DNA of 64,000 nt from Myxococcota bacterium. Lineage in GTDB: Bacteria; Myxococcota_A; UBA796; SXON01. The notes below the pieces were generated by a model. The model was not told the origin of the DNA. It saw only the letters and a list, made by a program, of their open reading frames with translations, and made no database searches. A program made the position numbers and the translations under genes. Positions 9,140 through 16,393 of the stretch are shown here, piece by piece. Numbering within the stretch: the stretch's first letter is position 1; each line of letters starts with the position of its first letter. Location: contig JAZKFH010000024.1 in assembly GCA_040386535.1 (NCBI GenBank), forward strand, positions 32,001 to 96,000, in the 5' to 3' direction.

Positions 9140-9798
9140 GCGGCCTCCGTCGGTTCGATTGGTGGCGTGCGGCACAGACGGTACACCGGGAGCCCGTCTC
9201 GCGCGCACACCCGCTCGCGGCGCGACAACACCGGGCCCATCGGCGGCATCGGCGCGTCGGCCCACCCCTCCAACAGGGCCGCGGCGTGGTCGTGGAGCCC
9301 CGCCACGTCCGTCGCGAGGTAGACGGCGCCCTTCGGCGCGAGCACGCGGCGCACGGCGGCCACGAAGGTGGGCGTCAGGAGGAGGTGGCGCGGGTTGTCG
9401 GTGGGCGTCGGAAAGAGGATGTAGACCCAGGCCACGCTCGCGGGCGGGAGCACCGCGGTGAACACCGTCCGTGCGTCGGCGCGCCACAACAGACAATTCG
9501 GCGGCGCGTGCGGGGCGGCGGCGGCCACGCGGCGCTTGCGGATCTCGAGGCCGAGCCACCGGGTGTCGGGCCAGCGGCGGGCGTGGTCGAGGATGCGCAT
9601 GCCGTGATCGAAGCCGATCTCGACCGCGAGCGGCCCCGCCACCATCCCCTCTCCGGAGACGAAGGCGTCGACCCGCGCGCGGACCTCGGCGTGGCGCGGC
9701 TGGTCGTAGAGCGCGGTGCCGCCGAGCACGCCGCGGAGCTGCCCGTCGGCGGAGGGCGCGAGCGCGGCGGGCGGGGTCCAGTCGGGAGGAGGCTTCAT
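9121..9798 (-). CDS. trmB: tRNA (guanine-N7)-methyltransferase-like protein
   Basis: VEIGFDHG, LGLEIR, ADAR, ILFPTP, ATDV, SRRE; several motifs diverge from canonical TrmB. Confidence 0.7.
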   Translation of the reverse strand: MKPPPDWTPPAALAPSADGQLRGVLGGTALYDQPRHAEVRARVDAFVSGEGMVAGPLAVEIGFDHGMRILDHARRWPDTRWLGLEIRKRRVAAAAPHAPPNCLLWRADARTVFTAVLPPASVAWVYILFPTPTDNPRHLLLTPTFVAAVRRVLAPKGAVYLATDVAGLHDHAAALLEGWADAPMPPMGPVLSRRERVCARDGLPVYRLCRTPPIEPTEAAWTGQE

Positions 9799-9830
9799 TC
9801 GGGTGCGCCCCCGGATACTCTCCCCGGCGC

Positions 9831-10142
9831 GTGAAAGCCATCTTCGCCCTCGTCTCCGGCACGTCGCTCGTGAGCACCTTCGCCGCCGGGCTCCTCGGCG
9901 CCGTCACCATGATGGCGGTGGGGCCCTGGCTCGCGATGGGCGCGCAGATGTACGCGGGCAACACCGAGCCGTCGCACCCCCACCTCGCGTGGCCCGTCGC
10001 GCTCACGTTCGCGGGGCTGATGTTGCCGGTGCCCTGGATGTACCGCAAACAGTGGGGCGTCGCGTCGGTCGCGGCCATCCCGTTCGCGCTCCTGCCGTTC
10101 TGGCAGTTGTACCGGTTGTACGTGCTCGCGGGGGTGCCCTGA
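9831..10142 (+). CDS. Small membrane protein (about 3 TM segments)
   Basis: GTG start (MKAIFALVSG), hydrophobic segments, GC3-rich codons. Confidence 0.6.
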   Translation: MKAIFALVSGTSLVSTFAAGLLGAVTMMAVGPWLAMGAQMYAGNTEPSHPHLAWPVALTFAGLMLPVPWMYRKQWGVASVAAIPFALLPFWQLYRLYVLAGVP

Positions 10143-10179
10143 CGCGAGCGCGACGATACGCGGCGTCCGGAGTGAACCC

Positions 10180-10839
10180 ATGACCCTTCGCCTCGTCTTC
10201 TTCCTCGGCCTCGGCTTCTCCCTCGCGTGCGCGGCCGCGCCGAAAGATGGTGCCGAAGGCACCACCGCCGGGGACTGCGGCGACGAGGCCGACAACGACG
10301 GCAACGGTGACTTCGACTGTGACGATGCGGGGTGTGCGGCGTCGCCGGCGTGTGCGGAGGGGGATGCCGATACCGATGCGGATTCGGATGCGGACTCGGA
10401 TGCCGACACCGACTCCGACACCGATGCCGACGTGGACTTCGCGCTCCTGGACTGGACGGCCGAGTGCAGCGACGACGAATGCATCTACGGCATGACAACC
10501 TCAGGCCCCGCGGACTCCCTGGAGCTCTGGATCGCGGAGACGGGGGACCCCTCGAGCTCCCGCTGGGTGGAGACGCACGACGCCTTCGCGCTGGTCGACA
10601 CGAACGCGGACGGCTCGGAGACCTACGAGCTTCTTCTCCGGTGGACGACAAACTACGCGGATCAGGTGGAGAACCGGAGCACGCTGCTCAACCCGGCGGT
10701 CCTCGAAGGCGCCTATCCCTCCTGGAGCGACGGCCTCACCTGGAGCTTCGAGGCGACGGGCCGCGGCGGAGACTTCGACTGCGTGGCCACGGGTCACGAT
10801 CCGGCCTACTTCAGCGACCGGTGCAGAACCGTCGAGTGA
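10180..10839 (+). CDS. Lipoprotein with a Cys/Asp motif and an acidic DA/DS/DT linker
   Basis: Lipobox SLAC; CGDEADNDGNGDFDCDDAGC motif; DADTDADSD repeat at about 10363-10431. Confidence 0.75.
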   Translation: MTLRLVFFLGLGFSLACAAAPKDGAEGTTAGDCGDEADNDGNGDFDCDDAGCAASPACAEGDADTDADSDADSDADTDSDTDADVDFALLDWTAECSDDECIYGMTTSGPADSLELWIAETGDPSSSRWVETHDAFALVDTNADGSETYELLLRWTTNYADQVENRSTLLNPAVLEGAYPSWSDGLTWSFEATGRGGDFDCVATGHDPAYFSDRCRTVE

Positions 10840-10858
10840 CCGCGCCGCCGAGACCCCC

Positions 10859-12127
10859 GTGACCCTCCCCGCCCCCGCCGACTCCCTCCTCTTCTCCCCC
10901 CTCCGCCTCAACGGCACGACCGTGGCGAACCGCGTGTGGCTGCCAGCCATGGTCACGTGGCTCTCCAACGACGCGGGCGAGGTCACCGAGGACGTGCGGC
11001 GGCGCTACGTCCGCTACGCGAAGGGCGGCGCGGGGATGATCGTGCTCGAGGCGATGGGCATCCGCGACGTCGCGAGTGGTCCGCTGCTCCGCATCGGGCA
11101 TGACCGCTATCTCCCCGCGCTACGGGACCTAGCCACCGAGATCCACGACGCGGGCGACGTGCGTGTCATCCCGCAGATCATCGATTTTCTCAAGATCGCC
11201 CGTCGCGACCCGGCGCGCGCGTTGGCCCGGCTGGAGGGCCGCTACCCCGGCTGCGCGACGTGGACCGAGGACGAGCTGCGTGAGCGCCTCACCCCCCGCG
11301 AGTGGCGGGACTACGCCTCCGGCTATCGCCAGCAGGTCGAGGACCTCGGGCTGGACGAGATCCGATCGCTCCCCGTTCTGTTCGCCGCCGCCGCCCGGCG
11401 CGCGCGCCTCGCCGGGTTCGACGGCGTGGAGCTGCACTTCGCGCACGCCTACACGATGGCGAGCTTCCTCTCGCGCACCAACGCGCGGACCGACGACTAC
11501 GGCGGCTCGCTGGAGAACCGCGCGCGGCTCGCGCTCGAGGTCATCGCGGCGGTGCGGCGCGAGGTCGGCGCGGACTTCACGGTCGGGTGTCGTTTCCTCG
11601 GCTCCGAGGACGTGGAAGGCGGCAGCGAGGTGGACGACGCCGCCTGGTTCGCCGTGCGGTTCGCCGAGGCGGGCCTCGACGTGCTCTCGGTGAGCCGCGG
11701 CGGCCGCTTCGAGGACGCGAAGCGCCCGCCCGTCGGCGAGGCGGCCTACCCCTACACGGGGCACTCCGGCCTGATGTGCATGCCGACGAAACACTACGCC
11801 GAGGGCTACAATCTGCACCTCCCGACGGCGATCCGCGCGGCCGTGCGCGCCGCCGGGTTCTCCACCCCGGTGGTCGGCGCCGGGCGCATCGACACCTACG
11901 AGCTCGCCGAGGGCGCGCTGCAAGGCGGCGCCTGCGATCTCGTGGGGATCGCGCGGGGCCTGCTCGCCGACCCCGACTGGCCGCGCAAGGTGCGCGAGGG
12001 CCTGCCCTTCCACGCGTGCAAGTACACCAACGTTTGCGAGGCGCTCGACCGCAAGCACATGGCGGTGCGGTGTCAGCTGTGGATGAAGCGGCCCGACGGG
12101 GGTTTGCATCCGCCAGAGGACTGGTAG
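10859..12127 (+). CDS. NADH:flavin oxidoreductase (Old Yellow Enzyme family)
   Basis: NRVWLPAM, AGFDGVELHFAHAY, NARTDDYGGSLENRAR, ARGLLADPDW; C-terminal CKYTNVC...C possible Fe-S ligands. Confidence 0.9.
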   Translation: MTLPAPADSLLFSPLRLNGTTVANRVWLPAMVTWLSNDAGEVTEDVRRRYVRYAKGGAGMIVLEAMGIRDVASGPLLRIGHDRYLPALRDLATEIHDAGDVRVIPQIIDFLKIARRDPARALARLEGRYPGCATWTEDELRERLTPREWRDYASGYRQQVEDLGLDEIRSLPVLFAAAARRARLAGFDGVELHFAHAYTMASFLSRTNARTDDYGGSLENRARLALEVIAAVRREVGADFTVGCRFLGSEDVEGGSEVDDAAWFAVRFAEAGLDVLSVSRGGRFEDAKRPPVGEAAYPYTGHSGLMCMPTKHYAEGYNLHLPTAIRAAVRAAGFSTPVVGAGRIDTYELAEGALQGGACDLVGIARGLLADPDWPRKVREGLPFHACKYTNVCEALDRKHMAVRCQLWMKRPDGGLHPPEDW

Positions 12128-13249
12128 ATGGAGTGGGGGCAGGCGGTAGCCGACGACGTGGGGCCCCGGTTCGGCGGGGCGGACCTCGCGGGCCCGGACG
12201 ACCTCGCGGCGCTGTTCGAGGGCGCGGAGCTCGCGGTCGAGGACGACGACGAGATCGACGCCTTCGGGCCGCTCCGGGTCCTGCACGGCTGGGTCGGCCC
12301 GTCGGGACCGGGCGCGGCGCTCGCCTTTCCCCTCCGCACCGATCTGGACCCCGAGATCGGCGGCATCGAGCTGCGCCCGCGAGATGACGGCCGCTATGTG
12401 CGTAGCGCGCTGCCCGGCCTCCGGGACCGCCACGGCGATCTCACCGTGTCCATCGGCCTCCCCGAGCACGTGCGCGGCGAGGAGCGCCTCGTGTACGCCC
12501 TGCTCCCGTACGCCGCGCTCCCCCGCCGCCTGGGCGACGAGCTCTCCCTCCAGGCGTGGCTGGTGGAGGACGGCGAGCCCATCGAGGAGGCGATCTGGCC
12601 GCTGGTGTTGCCCGATCCGGGCGTGCGGCGCCTCGACAACGCGCTCGCCGCGGTGATCGCCGCCGCCGTGTCGGCCGAGGCCGCGAGCGGGGCGCGCGCC
12701 GGCCCCTCCGCCTTGATGAGCGCGGGCCGCGTGGACCGCCTCGACGACGAGGTCGCGCGCCTGTTCCGGCTCGACAAGGACGGCCGCGCGGTCGCCGCGG
12801 AGCTCGCCCGCGCCGTCGGCGCCGAGGCCGATCGGATGGTCGCGGCCCGCCTGCGCGCGCGCGTCGCCCCCGAGGGGTTGCCCCGCGTGTTCGCGCTGCT
12901 CTACGGCCTCGCGAGCGGCGCGGGCACCGCGGCCCCGGCCGAAGAGGCCTGGATCGCCGCGCTCGCCGCCCGCCTCGGCATGAAGGGCGGCGACGGCCCG
13001 CGCCAGAAGCGCGGCGGCTCCCGCCCGTCCCGTGCCGGCCCCTCCCCCGCGACCGCCGCCCATCTTCAGACGCTCGATCTCACCGCGACCGCCACCTGGG
13101 ACGAGGTGCGGGCGGCCTACCGTCGCGCGGCCCAGGTGCACCACCCGGACCGCGCCACGCCGCACGAGCAGGCCGCGGCGAACGAGCGCATGAAGACGAT
13201 CAACGCGGCCTACGCGGCGCTCAAACGTGGCATGGGACGCGGGCGCTAG
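12128..13249 (+). CDS. C-terminal J-domain protein (DjlA/TerB-like central region)
   Basis: VRAAYRRAAQVHHPDR...MKTINAAYAAL J-domain with HPD; preceding helical region resembles TerB. Confidence 0.75.
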   Translation: MEWGQAVADDVGPRFGGADLAGPDDLAALFEGAELAVEDDDEIDAFGPLRVLHGWVGPSGPGAALAFPLRTDLDPEIGGIELRPRDDGRYVRSALPGLRDRHGDLTVSIGLPEHVRGEERLVYALLPYAALPRRLGDELSLQAWLVEDGEPIEEAIWPLVLPDPGVRRLDNALAAVIAAAVSAEAASGARAGPSALMSAGRVDRLDDEVARLFRLDKDGRAVAAELARAVGAEADRMVAARLRARVAPEGLPRVFALLYGLASGAGTAAPAEEAWIAALAARLGMKGGDGPRQKRGGSRPSRAGPSPATAAHLQTLDLTATATWDEVRAAYRRAAQVHHPDRATPHEQAAANERMKTINAAYAALKRGMGRGR

Positions 13250-13477
13250 TCAGGCGACCCGCTCCTTCCGCACCGCCTCGACGATCTCCTGCTCCGTCGG
13301 AAACCCCGCCGACGTCTTCTTCGCGACGATCTTCCCGTTCACCGCGACGGTGAAGATGCCGCCGCTCCCCTTGACCAGCTTCGCTTCCATGCCGAGGCCC
13401 TCTCGCAGCGCTTCCACCGCCCGGGTGGCGCGCGAGAGGTAGCCTCAAGCCGTGCAGTACGTGATGACGACGTCCAT
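13250..13477 (-). CDS. Rdx family (SelW/SelT/SelH-like) selenoprotein, Sec at codon 11
   Basis: GGAGG RBS then MDVVITYCTA-UGA-GYLSRATRAVEALREGLGMEAKLVKGSGGIFTVAVNGKIVAKKTSAGFPTEQEIVEAVRKERVA. CxxU motif plus GxFxV and FP motifs. UGA at 13445-13447. Confidence 0.88.
13394..13444 (-). promoter_or_regulatory. Candidate bacterial SECIS hairpin immediately 3' of the Sec UGA
   Basis: CCUCUCGC/GCGAGAGG lower stem, GCG/CGC, CCACC/GGUGG upper stem, G-containing apical loop CGGGC starting 22 nt after the UGA. Confidence 0.7.
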
Positions 13478-13507
13478 GGGACCTCCGTCGCGAAGGTAGT
13501 CACATCA

Positions 13508-13842
13508 GGAGAATCGGGAACACAGGAGAATCGGATCCGGAGAATCAGGAATGCAGGAATAGAGGAAAGCGGGAGAAGGAACGGACCAGAACCCCGACCG
13601 ATCCTTGCCTTCATCTCCTTTTTCCTGCCTTCCTAGTTTCCTGCCTTCCTGCTTCTTCCGGGCTCCGATCCGGAGAATCAGGAATGCAGGAATAGAGGAA
13701 AGCAGGAGGGGGAACGGACCGTCCGCCTCCCCGACCGATCCTTGCCTTCATCTCCTTTTTCCTGCCTTCCTAGTTTCCTGCCTTCCTGCTTCTTCCGGAC
13801 TCCGCTGCCGGGTTTCCTGCCTTCCTGATTGTTCCGGATTCC
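13508..13842. repeat. Intergenic composite palindromic repeat (REP/MITE-like)
   Basis: Two near-identical units starting GATCCGGAGAATCAGGAATGCAGGAATAGAGGAAAGC at 13534 and 13667. Each has a purine arm and a complementary TTCCTGCC-rich arm. An extra right arm lies at 13813-13842. Confidence 0.9.
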
Positions 13843-15518
13843 TATGGCCCGTAGAGCTCCGCCAACAACCGATGCGCCAGCCGGTGCGCCGCCAACGCGC
13901 GCGACGACCCGCCGCTCGGGAGGTCCTTACGGGGGTCGTCGCGCTCCTTGCCCAGGGCGCCGTTGCGGACGAGGTCGGCGTCGAGCAGCAGGATCACGCG
14001 CGTCGCGCCGCGGGTGACTGAGGCGACCACCGGGCGGCCCAACGCGTCCGCCATCCAGACGTCCATCTCGCCGGTCACGGCCATGGGCCGGGCCTCCACC
14101 GCGTCGTCACCCACCTCGAACATCGGCCCGTCGGGCGCGGGCCGCTCGATCACCCACCGGGCCTCGGCGGGGCGGGGATCGGCGGCGCCGCGTGCAAGGC
14201 CGAGGCGGGCGAGCACCCCGTCGGTGATCGGCGCGGCGGGATCGAGCACCACGAGCACGCGGGGCGCGGTCAGGACCGCGTCGAGATCGGCGCGATCGCC
14301 CTGCGGCAGGAGCACCACCCCGCCGCTCGCCCCGACGCTCCCCGCCGTGCACCCCTCCCCTTTGCCCGTCCGCGCCGCCCACCGCTGCGCCTGCACCTGG
14401 AAGGTGCGGAACCCGCCGTCCGACACGCTCGTGCAGTCCGACTTGTCCGATCCCATCAGCGTCGTGACCGTGTCCGGCCCGCGCACGGGCGCCGGGATGG
14501 TGCGCCCCATCGCCCAGGCCATCGCGTTGGTGAACAGGCGCGCGTTGTCCTCGTAGCCGATGAGCCCGGCGCCGAACGCGTTCTGGTCGGCCAGGACCAC
14601 CACGCGGCCCGCGCCGTGTGTACCCGCGGCAACGACTGCCATCGGCCCGATCACCTCGTCGGGATCGTGCTCCAGGTTGCCCGTGAAGCCCGACGAGTCG
14701 GCCTTGCGGTAGGGCTCCCAGCGGTCGCGCCAGCTCTCGGCGGAGGTGGTGGCGAGCGCCGGAAGGCCCTCCACGACGCCGGCAGTCATGAACCCGAGCG
14801 TCTCCACGCCCGCCATCACCGGGTGCTCGCTCCGCGGCTGGAGCGAGTCCGCGAACACGCGGATCCAGCTCACCGATCGTGGCGTGAGCCGGTTGGTGGG
14901 ATCCGCCGCGGTGAGCGGCGGGAGCGTGATCCCGAGCGCGCGGGTCAGCGGCGCGAGGAGCTCCTGGTGAAAATAACAATTCGAGTGGTCCGTGATGAGC
15001 ACGAGGCCGCCGCCGCGCCGCACGAACGCCTCGAGCGCCACCACCTCGGACGTGCGCAAGGCGGCATTGTCCCCGCTCACGAGGTTCATGAAGACGGCGC
15101 TCGCCCCCGCTAGGCGCCGCCCCGACCAGCGCCAGCCGACCGACTCCACGTCCACGCCCGCCGCATGGAGGGGCGCGAACGCGCGCGCGAAGCCGTGCAT
15201 CTTGCTGTAGCCGAACGCGTCCATCGTGATGTCGGCGTCCCACGGCTGCTTTGACGTGTGCGCCTCGTCCACGAGCAGCGGACCGTCGGCACGCGGAGGG
15301 GTTCGCTCCAGCCAGCCTTCCTCCCACGCGCGCCACGCGGGCCCGCCGCGCCACCGGTAGAACGACGCATACCCGTCGTCGATCGCGTTCTCGGGGAGCG
15401 GATCGGTCCAGGGCGCGTCGACCTCGGCCCACTCGAGGCGCGGCCACAACCAGAGGAGCGCGGCGGCGGCGAGGCCGACCGACAGGGCGAGGGGGGCGAG
15501 GAGCGTGCGCCGCGTCAT
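13842..15518 (-). CDS. Membrane-anchored hypothetical protein with a GATase-like/DUF4350-like domain
   Basis: N-terminal TM; LLVDEAH, EVVALEAFVRRGGGLVLITDH, GAGRVVVLADQN, DNARLFTNAMAW. Confidence 0.6.
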   Translation of the reverse strand: MTRRTLLAPLALSVGLAAAALLWLWPRLEWAEVDAPWTDPLPENAIDDGYASFYRWRGGPAWRAWEEGWLERTPPRADGPLLVDEAHTSKQPWDADITMDAFGYSKMHGFARAFAPLHAAGVDVESVGWRWSGRRLAGASAVFMNLVSGDNAALRTSEVVALEAFVRRGGGLVLITDHSNCYFHQELLAPLTRALGITLPPLTAADPTNRLTPRSVSWIRVFADSLQPRSEHPVMAGVETLGFMTAGVVEGLPALATTSAESWRDRWEPYRKADSSGFTGNLEHDPDEVIGPMAVVAAGTHGAGRVVVLADQNAFGAGLIGYEDNARLFTNAMAWAMGRTIPAPVRGPDTVTTLMGSDKSDCTSVSDGGFRTFQVQAQRWAARTGKGEGCTAGSVGASGGVVLLPQGDRADLDAVLTAPRVLVVLDPAAPITDGVLARLGLARGAADPRPAEARWVIERPAPDGPMFEVGDDAVEARPMAVTGEMDVWMADALGRPVVASVTRGATRVILLLDADLVRNGALGKERDDPRKDLPSGGSSRALAAHRLAHRLLAELYGP

Positions 15519-15624
15519 CTGCGCCGCCCCTTAGCGTGCCGCGGTCGAACGCCACCCCTTCCGGCCGGGCTGTGCGGCGAACGCGGCATGCCCCGGGCTC
15601 GCCAGCAAGCTAGACCCGAAGGCG

Positions 15625-16380
15625 ATGTACCCCGTCCGCATTCCCCGCCATGCCTGCTCGCCGCGCGATCGCGCCCGCGCCGGCGATCTGTGGCGCCTCG
15701 TCCAGGAGGCCACGATCCAACATTCCGCCGAGGTGGGCTGGCCGCCGTCCCGCTATCGCGACGTGGGGTCGGGCTTCGTGGTGCGCGAGATGACGGGGCT
15801 GCACGAGCGCGAGGCGGAGTACGGCGAGGACCTGGTCGCCTACACCCGCGTGGTCGAGAGCCGGCGCGAGCTCTTGATGCGGCGCGAAAGCGGCATCCTC
15901 GGGGTGCTCCGCGGGAGCGTCGAGTGGGTGCACGTCGGCGGGGAGGGCGGCCCCACCCGCGCCCCCCGAGCGCTGGTGGAGGCGTTCCCCGTCGAAGCCC
16001 CCACCCTCCCGGTGGCCCTCCCGGAGTGGCAGGAGGTCGAGCACGTGGCCCTCCCCGATCTCGAGATCCGCCCGTGGTGGACCGAGATGGATCCCATGGG
16101 GCACGTGAACCACCCCCGCTACGTCGACTGGGCGGACGAGGCCGTGAGCGTCTGGCTCGCCGCCCGTGGCTTCGATCCGCTCGGCCTGGTGCCGGTCGCC
16201 GAGCGCGTCCGCTTCCGCGCGGCGGCCGTGGCGGGGCACGCCGTCGTCGTGCGGGGCTCGCTGGTTGGCAAGGTCGGCGGCGCCGCGGTGATCCATCTGC
16301 GCATGCGCCGGGGAGAAGAGCTCGTGTGTGACGTGATGCTCGTGCGGGCGCACCTCGCCGGCCCCGCGGTGTGGCCATGA
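15625..16380 (+). CDS. Acyl-ACP/acyl-CoA thioesterase (double hotdog fold)
   Basis: LVQEATIQH and EMDPMGHVNHPRYVDWADE motifs. Confidence 0.8.
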   Translation: MYPVRIPRHACSPRDRARAGDLWRLVQEATIQHSAEVGWPPSRYRDVGSGFVVREMTGLHEREAEYGEDLVAYTRVVESRRELLMRRESGILGVLRGSVEWVHVGGEGGPTRAPRALVEAFPVEAPTLPVALPEWQEVEHVALPDLEIRPWWTEMDPMGHVNHPRYVDWADEAVSVWLAARGFDPLGLVPVAERVRFRAAAVAGHAVVVRGSLVGKVGGAAVIHLRMRRGEELVCDVMLVRAHLAGPAVWP

Positions 16381-16393
16381 GCGGCGGGCCCCG

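Noticed and set aside
13250..13477. Pseudogene interpretation of the in-frame TGA
   Set aside because: The stop falls exactly at the redox CxxU position, the rest of the frame is intact, and a SECIS-like hairpin follows; recoding is more parsimonious.
13534..13804. CRISPR array or mini-array
   Set aside because: Only two ~133-bp units, near-identical throughout, with no unique 30-40 nt spacers and no cas genes.
13339..14021. ORFs 13339-13614 (-) and 13605-14021 (+)
   Set aside because: They are translations of the palindromic repeat with atypical codon usage.
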